Of a stretch of 64,000 nt of DNA, positions 1 through 9,438 are shown in pieces; the stretch's first letter is position 1, and the number at the start of each line of letters is the position of its first letter. Origin of the DNA: an uncultured Chloroflexia bacterium (GTDB taxonomy: Bacteria; Chloroflexota; Limnocylindria; Limnocylindrales; CSP1-4); assembly GCA_963749705.1 (NCBI GenBank), contig CAVVNQ010000006.1:32001-96000 (forward strand), written 5' to 3'. Below the pieces are notes generated by a model. The model was not told the origin of the DNA and ran no database searches. It worked only from the letters and a program-made list of their open reading frames with translations. Both the position numbers and the translations under genes were made by a program.

Positions 1-86
1 CTCGGGCAGGCGATCGTCCAGGAGCAGGCGCCGTCGAGCGCGGTGCCGGCCACCACGCGTCCGCTGTAGGTCGCACGCCAGGTCAC
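1..86 (-). CDS. 5' fragment of a gene downstream of carB (runs off the window; possibly a pyrimidine-pathway gene such as PyrK)
   Basis: GTG at 86 opens MTWRATYSGRVVAGTALDGACSWTIACP to the window edge; identity guessed from context only. Confidence 0.25.
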   Translation of the reverse strand, partial: MTWRATYSGRVVAGTALDGACSWTIACP

Positions 87-120
87 TCGCCAGGTCGCTC
101 GCCGTTCGCGGCGCGTGCCG

Positions 121-3100
121 CTAGTCCGCCCGGTCGATCCCCGGCTTCGGTGGCACCCAATCCGTGATCGGCCGCACCATCGAGATCCCCGACGCCAGCG
201 CGGGGTCGAGCGCCTCGGCGGCCGCGATCCCCGTCTCGATCGCGGTCAGACACAGGATGCCCTCGGCAATCGCGGTGTGCCGGATCTCCGCGGCGTCGCG
301 GACGGCGCCGGACCGCGGCGTGGGGGTGTTGACGACGAGGCGGATCCGGGCGCCCGAGATCAGGTCGAGGATCCCGGCCTCGTCGCCCAGCGGGGTCACT
401 CCGAGCTTGGCCACGGGCTCAGCGGCCAGTCCGGCCGCCTCGAGCGCGGCTCGGGTGCCTGCGGTTGCGGCCAGCCGGTAGCCCGCTCGGGTGAGCGCCG
501 TCGCCAGGTCGAGGAGCCCCCACTTGTCGCGATCTGCGATCGACAGCAGGGCCAGCGGCGGCTCGCCGTCCCCCGGGCGAGGCGGGATGAGCGATGCCCC
601 GGTCAGCGCCTTGGCCATCGCCACGCGCGGGTCCTCGGCGATGCCGATCACCTCGCCCGTCGACTGCATGAACGGTCCGACGGAGGGGTCCACGCCCTTG
701 AGCTTCGCGGTCGAGAATGCCGGTGCCTTGACCGCGACGAACGCGGGCTCCGGGAGCAGCCCGTCCGGCCAGCCGAGGTCGATCAGCGTGGCACCCAGCG
801 AGATCCGCACCGCGAGCTCGACCATCGGGACGCCGGTGACCTTGGACAGGAACGGCACCGTGCGGCTCGCGCGCGGATTGACCTCGATCAGGTAGACGCC
901 ATCGTCCCGCACGATGAACTGGGCGTTGACCAGGCCGCGAGCCCCGAGGGCGAGGCAGATGCGTTCCATCGTGGCCACGATCAGCGCCTGGTCGCCCTCG
1001 GAGACGTGCTGCGGCGGGAACACCGCGATCGAGTCGCCCGAGTGGATCCCGGCGCGCTCCACGTGCTCCAGGAGGCCCGGGATCAGGACCCGCTCGCCAT
1101 CGCTCACCGCATCGATGTCGACCTCGATCCCCTCGAGGAAGCGGTCGATCCGCACCGGGCGATCCGGGTCGACGATCGCAGCCGCCGCAAGGTGGCGGAC
1201 CAGGTCCTCGGGCGAGTACGCGAAGTCGATGGCGAGGCCGCCGATGACGAAGCTCGGCCGCACGATCACCGGGTAGCCGATCCGCTCGGCGAGCGTCAGG
1301 GACTCCTCGACCAATTCGGCCATCCCTCCCTCCGGCTGCGGGATGCCCAGGCGGTCCAGCAGGGCGGCGAAGCGCGTGCGCTCCTCGGCCTGGTTGATCG
1401 CCTCCAGGTCCGAGCCGAGCAACGGGACGCCGGCGGCCACGAGCGGACCCGCGAGGTTGAGCGGCGTCTGGCCGCCGAAGGCGACGACCGCGGGGAGCGG
1501 GCGGCCGATGCCGGCAGCCTCACGGGGGCTCAGCCTGGCGACCGCCCGCCCCTGACCGGCACGGGTGCGGCCACCCCTGTCCGCGATGACCGTCGCCGCA
1601 TCGGCGGGATGCACGTCGGCACGGGTGCGGCCACCCCTGTCCGCGATGACCGTCGCCGCATCGGGTGGCGTTCCCGCGGTCCCGCCCGCGCCCCGGGCGA
1701 TGCGCGGACGCTCATCGCCAACGGGGGTGGTTGTGGCCGTGGCCGGACTGGCGGACGCCGCCGCGCTGGCAGACGCCGCCGCGCTGGCAGACGCCGCCGC
1801 GCTGGCAGACGCCGCCGCGCTGGCAGACGCCGCTCCGCCGGCCGTGGCCACGCCGGCCGCATCGGCGCCGGCTGCACTCCCCATCGCCACGGGCAGGCCA
1901 CCTTCGAACTCGAGGATGTCCTCGACGCTCTCGGCATCGAGCGGCTCGAAGTACAGCCGGGTGGAGGCGTCGAAGTCGGTGGACACGGTCTCGGGGTTGG
2001 AGTTGACCATGACGGCGCTCCAACCCTCGCGCCGGAGCACGTCAGCAGCCTGGACCGCGCAGTAGTCGAACTCGATCCCCTGCCCGATCCGCACGGGACC
2101 GCTGCCGATGACGAGTGCACCGGGCCGCGGCACCGGCGCTGCCTCCGGCGGCGATCCCGCCGCGGCATAGGTCGAGTAGAAGTACGGGGTCTCGGCGGCG
2201 AACTCGGCGGCACAGGTATCGACCATCGCGTAGCCGGGCGCGAGCCCGAGCGTTCGCCGGGCGGCGCGGACATCCGCTTCGCGGACCCCCGCGAGCCGTG
2301 CCAGGTCATGGTCCGCGAACGCCGCGCGCTTGGCGGTCGCCAGCAACGTCGCCGCCTCGGGGTCGGCGGCATCGGCGAACCGCGGGCCGATCGCCTCCAC
2401 ATCGTGCTCGAGCACGATGTTGCGTCCCATCTCGGCGAGAAACCAGGGCGAGATCCCGGTCGCCGCGCGGACCACCTCCTGCGGGACGCCCCGGCGCAGC
2501 AGCCCGAGCACCCGCCACAGTCGCGAGTCGGATGGCTCGAGGAACTGGCGGAGCACGATCGGCGCCGCGGACCGCTGCGCGAACCGGGTGCTCTCGCACG
2601 CCTCGCCACGCTCGTCGGTCCAGCGGATGACGGCATCTTCCTCGAGGCCGAGTGGATCGATGGTCACGGCGACGCTGGAGGCGCCCATGCCCGGGTCGCC
2701 ACCGGCGTAGACCGCGGACAGGTAGTCGAGGCTCGGCTGCCACGACGCATCCTCGCCGAGCGGCCCGGCACCCGCCTGCTCCAGGCCCCGAAGCGCCTTG
2801 TTGAGCGCGGCGCCGAACGTCCGGTCGATCGCCATGACCTCACCGGTCGCCTTCATCTGCGACCCGAGCCGCCGGTCGGCCGCCGGGAACTTGTCGAACG
2901 GGAAGCGCGGCAGCTTGACCACCACGTAGTCGAGCGCCGGCTCGAACGCCGCCACGGTCGTGCCGGTCACCACGTTGGGAATGTCGGCGAGCGTGCGCCC
3001 GGCCGCGATCTGCGCCGCGACCCGAGCGATCGGATAGCCCGTCGCCTTGGATGCGAGCGCGCTCGAGCGCGAGACCCGGGGGTTCACCTCGATCACCGCA

Positions 3101-4044
3101 TACTCGGTCGAATCGGGCGACAGCGCGAACTGGACGTTGCAGCCGCCCTCGACGCCCAGCGCCCGGATGATCGCGAGCGCCGCGCTGCGCAGCCGCTGGT
3201 GGACGGAGTCGGTCAGCGTCTGGATCGGGGCGACGACGATGGAGTCGCCGGTGTGGACGCCCAGCGGGTCGACGTTCTCCATCGAGCACACGGCGATGCA
3301 CGTGTCGTCGGCGTCGCGCATCACCTCGTACTCGACCTCCTGCCACCCGACCAGGCACTGCTCGACCATGACCTGGTGGATGGGGCTGGCCCTGAGCCCG
3401 GACCGCACCCGTTCGCGATAGGCAGCTTCGGTCCCGACGATCCCGCCGCCCGTGCCGCCCAGCGTGAACGCAGGGCGGATGATCGCCGGCAGCCCGATCT
3501 CGGCCAATGCCGCATCCGCCGACACGAGGCGGGCTGCCTCATCGGCTCCTTCCACGATCGCCGACGGCGCATACGGCTGGCCGATCCGGTCGAGCAGGTC
3601 ACGGAACGCCTCGCGGTCCTCGGCCATCCGGATCGCCTCGAGCGGCGTCCCCAGGAGGCGGACGCCGTGGCGCTCGAGCACGCCCGCCTCGGACAGCGCC
3701 ATCGCGAGGTTGAGGGCGGTCTGCCCCCCGAGGCCGGCCAGCAAGCCTTCCGGCCGCTCGCGGGCGATGACGGCCTCGATCGCGTCGACCGTCAGCGGCT
3801 CCAGGTAGACGACATCGGCGACCGTGGGGTCGGTCATGATCGTCGCCGGGTTGGAGTTGACGAGGATCGTGCGAACGCCCTCGGCGCGCAGCGCACGGCA
3901 CGCCTGCGTCCCGGCATAGTCGAACTCGGCCGCCTGGCCGATGACGACCGGTCCCGATCCCAGGATGAGGACGGATGCGGGCTTCAGCCGGCGCGCCGCC
4001 CGGGGGGCGCCGAACGGACGGGACGCGGGCTGCGGCGGGTTCAC
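121..4044 (-). CDS. carB: Carbamoyl-phosphate synthase large subunit (with two insertions)
   Basis: LILGSGPVVIGQAAEFDYAG, NSNPATIMTD, EVNPRVSRSSALASKATG, second GSGPVRIGQGIEFDY repeat, C-terminal MGS domain; GTG 4044 overlaps the carA stop. Confidence 0.97.
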   Translation of the reverse strand: MNPPQPASRPFGAPRAARRLKPASVLILGSGPVVIGQAAEFDYAGTQACRALRAEGVRTILVNSNPATIMTDPTVADVVYLEPLTVDAIEAVIARERPEGLLAGLGGQTALNLAMALSEAGVLERHGVRLLGTPLEAIRMAEDREAFRDLLDRIGQPYAPSAIVEGADEAARLVSADAALAEIGLPAIIRPAFTLGGTGGGIVGTEAAYRERVRSGLRASPIHQVMVEQCLVGWQEVEYEVMRDADDTCIAVCSMENVDPLGVHTGDSIVVAPIQTLTDSVHQRLRSAALAIIRALGVEGGCNVQFALSPDSTEYAVIEVNPRVSRSSALASKATGYPIARVAAQIAAGRTLADIPNVVTGTTVAAFEPALDYVVVKLPRFPFDKFPAADRRLGSQMKATGEVMAIDRTFGAALNKALRGLEQAGAGPLGEDASWQPSLDYLSAVYAGGDPGMGASSVAVTIDPLGLEEDAVIRWTDERGEACESTRFAQRSAAPIVLRQFLEPSDSRLWRVLGLLRRGVPQEVVRAATGISPWFLAEMGRNIVLEHDVEAIGPRFADAADPEAATLLATAKRAAFADHDLARLAGVREADVRAARRTLGLAPGYAMVDTCAAEFAAETPYFYSTYAAAGSPPEAAPVPRPGALVIGSGPVRIGQGIEFDYCAVQAADVLRREGWSAVMVNSNPETVSTDFDASTRLYFEPLDAESVEDILEFEGGLPVAMGSAAGADAAGVATAGGAASASAAASASAAASASAAASASAAASASPATATTTPVGDERPRIARGAGGTAGTPPDAATVIADRGGRTRADVHPADAATVIADRGGRTRAGQGRAVARLSPREAAGIGRPLPAVVAFGGQTPLNLAGPLVAAGVPLLGSDLEAINQAEERTRFAALLDRLGIPQPEGGMAELVEESLTLAERIGYPVIVRPSFVIGGLAIDFAYSPEDLVRHLAAAAIVDPDRPVRIDRFLEGIEVDIDAVSDGERVLIPGLLEHVERAGIHSGDSIAVFPPQHVSEGDQALIVATMERICLALGARGLVNAQFIVRDDGVYLIEVNPRASRTVPFLSKVTGVPMVELAVRISLGATLIDLGWPDGLLPEPAFVAVKAPAFSTAKLKGVDPSVGPFMQSTGEVIGIAEDPRVAMAKALTGASLIPPRPGDGEPPLALLSIADRDKWGLLDLATALTRAGYRLAATAGTRAALEAAGLAAEPVAKLGVTPLGDEAGILDLISGARIRLVVNTPTPRSGAVRDAAEIRHTAIAEGILCLTAIETGIAAAEALDPALASGISMVRPITDWVPPKPGIDRAD
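1557..1664. repeat. Two identical 48-bp copies at 60-bp period inside carB
   Basis: cggcacgggtgcggccacccctgtccgcgatgaccgtcgccgcatcgg at 1557 and 1617. Confidence 0.9.
1748..1833. repeat. 18-bp tandem repeat (~4.8 copies) inside carB, encoding (ASAAAS)n
   Basis: ctggcagacgccgccgcg units. Confidence 0.92.
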
Positions 4045-5204
4045 GCGCCGCGCCCGCACGCCTCGACGAACCGGTCGAACACGGCCAGCGCGTCGAGCGG
4101 GCCGGGGGCGCCCTCGGGGTGGTACTGGACCGTCTCGATCGGCTTCTCGGCGTGGCGCAACCCCTCGACCGAACGGTCGTTGAGGTTGATCTGCGAAACG
4201 CGGAACCCCGAGCCCGCGGGCAGGGTGTCCCCGACCACCTGGACCTCGTGGTTCTGCGCGGTCACCTGCACGTACCCGGTGTCGAGGTCCTGCACCGGGT
4301 GGTTGGCGCCGTGGTGCCCGAATCGGAGCCGCCGGGTGTCCGCGCCGGCCGCCCTGCCCACGATCTGGTGCCCGAGGCAGATCCCCAGCAGCGGCCGCCC
4401 ATCGTCGATGATCGCCCGGGCGAGCGCGACGGGACCGGACAGACGCGCAGGATCACCCGGACCCGGCGACAGGACGATGCCAGCGATGTCGGGCGCGAGG
4501 ACGGTCGCGGGGTCGGCGGTGTGGGGCAGCACCCGGACCCGGACACCCCGCCGCCGCAGCGAGCGCACGATGTTCGCCTTGAGCCCGTAGTCGATGATCG
4601 CGACGAGCGGCGATGACGGATCGTCGCCCACCTCGCGCACGTCCGCCGGCGAGACCTGGGCGACGAAGTCCTGGTCCTCCCAGCGCGGCACCGCCCGGGC
4701 GAGCGCGACCGCCGCGGCCCGGTCGGAGACACCCGGCTCGGTGATGATCCCGCGCAGGCAGCCGTTGGCGCGCAGGTGACGCGCGAGGGCGCGGGTGTCC
4801 ACGCCCGCGATCGCCGGGATCGACGCCTCGCGGAGCAGCGTCGCCAGCTGGCGTGCGTCGTCGAGGACCGCGGCCGTGGCATGCGCGACCACGAGCCCCC
4901 GCAGCCACGGGCGCGCGGACTGGTCCTCGTCAAGCAGGCGCCCGTAGTTGCCGATCAGCGGATACGTCATCGCGACCACCTGGCCCGCGTAGGACGGGTC
5001 GGTGGCGATCTCCTGGTATCCGGTCTGCGACGTGTTCACGACGAGATCGCCACCCGAGGCAACCGGCGCGCCGAACGCGATGCCGGGGAACACGGCGCCG
5101 TCCTCGAGCGCGAGCAGCGCGGGCCCGGAGCTGCCGACCCGCGGGTCGGCGAGCGCGTCGGCACGCGGCAGCGGCGGATGGCCGACGGACGGTGGGGCGA
5201 TCAC
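4041..5204 (-). CDS. carA: Carbamoyl-phosphate synthase small (glutaminase) subunit
   Basis: GYQEIATDPSYAGQ, SPGPGDP, GICLGHQ nucleophile, QNH, QYHPE. Confidence 0.97.
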   Translation of the reverse strand: MIAPPSVGHPPLPRADALADPRVGSSGPALLALEDGAVFPGIAFGAPVASGGDLVVNTSQTGYQEIATDPSYAGQVVAMTYPLIGNYGRLLDEDQSARPWLRGLVVAHATAAVLDDARQLATLLREASIPAIAGVDTRALARHLRANGCLRGIITEPGVSDRAAAVALARAVPRWEDQDFVAQVSPADVREVGDDPSSPLVAIIDYGLKANIVRSLRRRGVRVRVLPHTADPATVLAPDIAGIVLSPGPGDPARLSGPVALARAIIDDGRPLLGICLGHQIVGRAAGADTRRLRFGHHGANHPVQDLDTGYVQVTAQNHEVQVVGDTLPAGSGFRVSQINLNDRSVEGLRHAEKPIETVQYHPEGAPGPLDALAVFDRFVEACGRGA

Positions 5205-5254
5205 GGGATCCCGGCGGGCCGCGGCGAGCGAGCGCCGCAGGCGGGCATGCGCAC
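5201..5254 (-). CDS. Putative 17-aa leader ORF translationally coupled to carA
   Basis: AGGAGG 10 nt before GTG; VRMPACGARSPRPAGIP*; its TGA overlaps the carA GTG (GTGA). Confidence 0.45.
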   Translation of the reverse strand: MRMPACGARSPRPAGIP

Positions 5255-5272
5255 GAGTATCTGGCCTCCTCG

Positions 5273-5312
5273 CCGGCCTCTCTGGACCGGTACGCCGGCC
5301 TCACAGGACCGG
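5273..5312 (-). promoter_or_regulatory. Two tandem PyrR-binding hairpins in the carAB leader
   Basis: Minus-strand CCGGTCCTGTGAGGCCGG and CCGGTCCAGAGAGGCCGG match the PyrR loop RUCCNGNGAGGY; TGcTATCGT -10 at 5330-5338. Confidence 0.8.
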
Positions 5313-5514
5313 CCCTCAGGATGGCCCTGACGATAGCACGCTGGCGGGATCGTCATCGCGGGCCGGGGGCCGCGGACCGGGGGCCGCGAGCCGGGCCGCG
5401 AGCCGGGCCGCGTGGCTGCGGCTCCTGACACCGCGTGAGCGCCTCCCGCCGGGCATGCACGGATCCGCCAACGCGTATCGTGGGCTCGAGCACCGGGGAG
5501 AGCTGGGGCCGAAC

Positions 5515-8292
5515 TTGATCGAGGTACGCGTTCTCGGGCCGCTGGAGATCGTCGGACGGGAAGGGCCCATTGCGCTCGGCGCGCGCAAGCAGCGCCAGCT
5601 GCTGGCGGCGCTCCTGGTTCGACGCGGCGATGCCGTGTCGACCGACTGGCTGATCGATGCACTTTGGGGCGAGGAGCCTCCGGATTCGGCGAGCAAGCTG
5701 GTCCAGGTCTACGTCTCGGCGCTCCGCAAGCGATTGCCTGACTCGATCTCGATCCGGACGCAGCCCGCGGGCTACGCTCTCGAGTGCCCGCCGTCGAAGG
5801 TTGACGCGGACCGGTTCGAGCACCTCGTCGACGAAGCAGGGGCCGGCGCGGCGACCTCACACCCGGCCCGAATCGCCCTGCTGCTCTGGCGCGCACTCGA
5901 GCTGTGGCGCGGACCCGCCTACGGCGAGTTCGCTGACGAGCCGTTCGCGGTGGCCGAGGTCGCACGCCTGGACTCGGTCCGGCTGGCTGCGATCGAGACG
6001 CGAAACGAGATCGAGCTCGGGCTGGGTCGGCACATGGCCATGCTGCCCGAGCTCCAGGTGGTCGCGGACGAGAACCCGTTGCGCGAGCGGCTGCAGGCCC
6101 AGCTGATGCTCGCGCTGTATCGCGCCGGCCGTCAGGCGGATGCCCTCGAGCGTTACCTCGAAACCCGACGCCACCTTCGGGACGAGCTGGGCATTGACCC
6201 GGGCGAGGAGCTCGAGGTTCTGCAGCATCGGATCCTGCGTCATGATCCGGAGCTCAGCGTGGCGACGAGCCGGGACGAGGTGCCGGATGCCTTGCCCGTC
6301 CCCCCGACTCCCCTGATCGGACGGCGGCGGGAGCTGGCCGACCTCCACGAGCTGCTCCTCGACGACGGGATGCGGTTCGTCGTCCTTGCCGGTGCCGGCG
6401 GCTCGGGCAAGACACGGCTGGCGCTCGAGGTCGCACACGATGTGGCGCGCTCGTTCGCGAATGGGGCCGTGTTCGTGGACCTGGCGCCGGTCCACGATCC
6501 GGCACTGCTCGCGGAGACGCTGGCTCGGGCGCTGGGCGCGACCACGGCGACCGGCGACCCCCTGGAAGCGGCCGTGGAGTACCTCGCGCCACGTGAGATG
6601 CTGGTGCTGCTCGACAACGCAGAACAGCTGCGTGCCGCCGGACCGCTGCTCGCGCAGCTCCTGGCGCGGGCGCCACATCTCAAGATCCTGGTGACCAGCC
6701 GGGTGGTGCTCCACGTGCGCGGCGAGCACGTCTATCCGGTCGGGCCGTTGCCCGGGGACGACGCAGCGGCCCTGTTCCAGCAGCGCATGCGGGAGATCGA
6801 GCCACGCCTGGAGCTGACGGCCGAGGACCAGAACGCGATCCGGCACATCTGCCGGCGCCTGGACGGGCTGCCGCTCGCGATCGAGCTCGCGGCAAGCCGC
6901 GTGCGGGCGCTGTCACCGTCGGAGCTGGTCCGGCGGCTCGAGCCGCGGCTGCCGCTCCTGGTGGGCGGACCGCGTGATCTGCCCGCTCGCCAGCAGACCC
7001 TGCGCGCGACCATCGAATGGAGCCACGACCTGCTCGACCCGATGGCCCGGCAGGCACTGGCGCGACTGTCCGTGTTCGTCGGCGGCTTCACGCTTCAGGC
7101 CGCTGAGTCCATCGCCGGTGTCGAGCTCGACGCGCTCCAATCGCTGGTGGAGCACAGCCTGTTGCGACGCGCGGACCAGGTCGTCGGTCCGGGCCTCGAT
7201 CGGCAATTCATGACCCTCGAGACCATCCGGGAGTTCAGCGCCGAGCGGCTCGACGAGTCCGGGGAGCGCGAGTCGATCAGCCGACGGCACGCGGAGTTCT
7301 TCCTGGGCGTGGCGGAGTCAGCGGGGCTGCTTTGGGAGTCCGACCGACCCCAGCAGTACGACCTGGTCGCTGCCGAAATCGACAACCTGCGCGCGGCGAT
7401 CGACTGGGCGGCCGGCCGGGACGTCGAGCTGGCGCTGTCGATCGCGACTGCGCTGGAGGCATTCTGGGCGACCGTCAGCCCGTTCGAGGGCGCGCGCCTG
7501 CTCGAGTCCCTGATCAGCGGCGCCTCGGGCCTGCCCGGCGACCTGCGAGCCCGAGCGCTGCGAGTGTGGGGCGCAGGGCTGACACGCAGCGGCCACATCG
7601 AGGCTGGCACGGAGCGCTACGAGCAGAGCCTGCGCGAGTTCCGCGGGTTGGGAGATCAGCGGGGTGCAGGCGGCGTGCTCACGCGTCTGGCGGGCGCCGC
7701 GCTCGCGACGGGCAACCGGTCGGAGGCCCGCCGCCTCGCCCAGGAGGGCCTCGAGCTGCTGCATCGCTCGGGCTTTCCGAAGGGCGAGTCGGTCGGGCTC
7801 ACCATGCTTGGCGAGATCGAGTTCCTGGAGGGCGATCACGATGCCGGGCTGGCGACGATCCAGGCGAGCGTGGCCATGGCCGGCACAGCCGGCTTCGCCT
7901 GGTGGCAGGCACAGGCGCTGTTCCTGCTCGCCGAGTTGACGCACTCCGTCGGACGCCGTGCCGAGGCCATGGGTTGGTGCCGCGAGACGCTTCGGATCAG
8001 CCACCGGATCGGCGATTGGATCCTGAGCGTGTCCTGCATCGCGCTGATCACCTCGATCCAGGACGAGACGGGTGACGGGCTCCTGGCCGCCCGGCTGCGG
8101 GGTTTCGTCGAGCACGAGCTGGCGAGGCGACCGCCGATCACCGGGTGGTTGCCCGAGCGGCACGCGTTCGAGCCTGCGGTGAGCCGAGGCGATCCGCCGG
8201 CGATCCGCGCCGCGCGCGAGGAGGGTGCGCAGCTTTCCCTGTCCGCGGCGGTCGCGCTGATCCTCGGCGACGAGGCGGCGACAACGCCCTGA
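5515..8292 (+). CDS. AfsR/SARP-family regulator (wHTH-BTAD, P-loop ATPase, TPR-like C-terminus); start approximate
   Basis: VRVLGPLEI, ALELWRGP, PLRERL..QLMLALYRAGRQADAL, Walker A GAGGSGKT, LLDNAE, LDGLPLAIELAA. Confidence 0.92.
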   Translation: MIEVRVLGPLEIVGREGPIALGARKQRQLLAALLVRRGDAVSTDWLIDALWGEEPPDSASKLVQVYVSALRKRLPDSISIRTQPAGYALECPPSKVDADRFEHLVDEAGAGAATSHPARIALLLWRALELWRGPAYGEFADEPFAVAEVARLDSVRLAAIETRNEIELGLGRHMAMLPELQVVADENPLRERLQAQLMLALYRAGRQADALERYLETRRHLRDELGIDPGEELEVLQHRILRHDPELSVATSRDEVPDALPVPPTPLIGRRRELADLHELLLDDGMRFVVLAGAGGSGKTRLALEVAHDVARSFANGAVFVDLAPVHDPALLAETLARALGATTATGDPLEAAVEYLAPREMLVLLDNAEQLRAAGPLLAQLLARAPHLKILVTSRVVLHVRGEHVYPVGPLPGDDAAALFQQRMREIEPRLELTAEDQNAIRHICRRLDGLPLAIELAASRVRALSPSELVRRLEPRLPLLVGGPRDLPARQQTLRATIEWSHDLLDPMARQALARLSVFVGGFTLQAAESIAGVELDALQSLVEHSLLRRADQVVGPGLDRQFMTLETIREFSAERLDESGERESISRRHAEFFLGVAESAGLLWESDRPQQYDLVAAEIDNLRAAIDWAAGRDVELALSIATALEAFWATVSPFEGARLLESLISGASGLPGDLRARALRVWGAGLTRSGHIEAGTERYEQSLREFRGLGDQRGAGGVLTRLAGAALATGNRSEARRLAQEGLELLHRSGFPKGESVGLTMLGEIEFLEGDHDAGLATIQASVAMAGTAGFAWWQAQALFLLAELTHSVGRRAEAMGWCRETLRISHRIGDWILSVSCIALITSIQDETGDGLLAARLRGFVEHELARRPPITGWLPERHAFEPAVSRGDPPAIRAAREEGAQLSLSAAVALILGDEAATTP

Positions 8293-8575
8293 GATCACCA
8301 ATGACGACGTGACGTGCGACGACGTCCCTGAACACCGGCGCGGGTGTCAGGAACGACCCGGCAGCGGCGGCCAGCGGCTGCCATTGCCGGTTGCGATAGG
8401 CCTCCCAATCGTGCTCGCTCTCCCACACCTCGACGATCCGGTATCCCTCGTCGGTGGGACCGGCGACGTGCAGGAGCAGCCCCGGGGGGCGCATGGCGAT
8501 CCGTGCAGCCGCCGTCAGCTCGTAGTGCTCCCAGGTTGCACCGATGTCGTGGACGAACGCGTACACCATGCCCAT
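8138..8575 (-). CDS. Small ferredoxin-like/ABM-type (dimeric alpha-beta barrel) protein; 3' end uncertain
   Basis: PPGLLLHVAGPTDEGYRIVEVWESE motif; GGGAG RBS; open frame overlaps the SARP gene 3' end by ~155 bp. Confidence 0.7.
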   Translation of the reverse strand: MGMVYAFVHDIGATWEHYELTAAARIAMRPPGLLLHVAGPTDEGYRIVEVWESEHDWEAYRNRQWQPLAAAAGSFLTPAPVFRDVVARHVVIGDLRALSPPRRRGSARPPRTGKAAHPPRARRGSPADRLGSPQARTRAARATTR

Positions 8576-8622
8576 CTCCCGTTGTCTCGGCCAGCACCGC
8601 CGAGCGGAGCGTCCGGGTTGCG

Positions 8623-8693
8623 GGTAAAGGGGAGGTATAGCGACGCGGGCAGGCGGAGCTGGTGGCACGAGCCGGCTATACCGACGCTAAACC
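8623..8693. promoter_or_regulatory. Two oppositely oriented heptamer direct-repeat pairs (11-bp period), putative SARP boxes
   Basis: + strand CTATACC-N4-CTAAACC at 8676-8693; - strand CTATACC-N4-CTTTACC at 8640-8623. Confidence 0.6.
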
Positions 8694-8759
8694 CGCCTCC
8701 CGCAAGGTTCCGGCAGTGGTTCGTCCTGGTCGGACCGCAAGTCACACGGAGGCAGACGC

Positions 8760-9248
8760 ATGAAGCGGATCCTGGTCGTCCTCACGCTCGCAGCCATCGG
8801 CCTGAGCGTGGTTCCCACGGCAATGGCCACGACGCCGAGCAGCGTCAGGTTTGAGGTGTCGGTCGCGCTCAACGGCAACCTCACGGCATCGACCACCTCG
8901 GGCACGTTCGTGGCGTCGGGTGCGATCGCATCGAGCGGAACGGAGCAGGGCCATGGCTGGTTTGCCGGCCTGGGCCACCTCAAGACGGGTGATCCCAACT
9001 CGTTGCACGCGGCGATGACGCTGACCGATGGCAGCGGGTCGATCTCGCTCGATCTGGTCGGCCTGTTCGGTCAGCTGCCCGCCCCGATCGCGACCGGCGA
9101 GGGACGCTGGTTGATCACCGGCGGCACCGGGGCGTACGCGGGGATCCAGGGCGAAGGCTCGTGGTCCGGCACGGCCGACTTCCGGGCTGCCATCGCCGGC
9201 AACGGCCCGCCGATCGTCACGTTCGTCGAGCTGGGGCAGGTCCACTAG
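8760..9248 (+). CDS. Secreted beta-rich protein (dirigent/allene-oxide-cyclase barrel-like)
   Basis: Sec signal peptide (MKRILVV...AMA), W.ITGGTGAYAGIQGEG motif, GGAGG RBS. Confidence 0.75.
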   Translation: MKRILVVLTLAAIGLSVVPTAMATTPSSVRFEVSVALNGNLTASTTSGTFVASGAIASSGTEQGHGWFAGLGHLKTGDPNSLHAAMTLTDGSGSISLDLVGLFGQLPAPIATGEGRWLITGGTGAYAGIQGEGSWSGTADFRAAIAGNGPPIVTFVELGQVH

Positions 9249-9438
9249 CGGGGCGATCCACGTCGCCGCTGGCACCGGCCGAGCGCGCGCCATCGAAGCG
9301 GGTCAGGCGGGTTCCCGGACCATGAGGCGCCCGCCTGCATGCTGATCCTGCACACGACGCCTTCCGACCTCGCACGAGTCGGGAGGCGTCACGCCGTTCC
9401 GGATGACCCGACCCGGCCCGAACGTGGCGAACGACGTG

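Noticed and set aside
1500-1905. Intein in carB
   Set aside because: Low complexity, with no splicing residues or endonuclease motifs
115-4590. 1491-aa plus-strand ORF and the many other long antisense or alternate-frame ORFs
   Set aside because: Arg/Pro/Gly-rich shadows of real genes, expected at this GC content; no motifs
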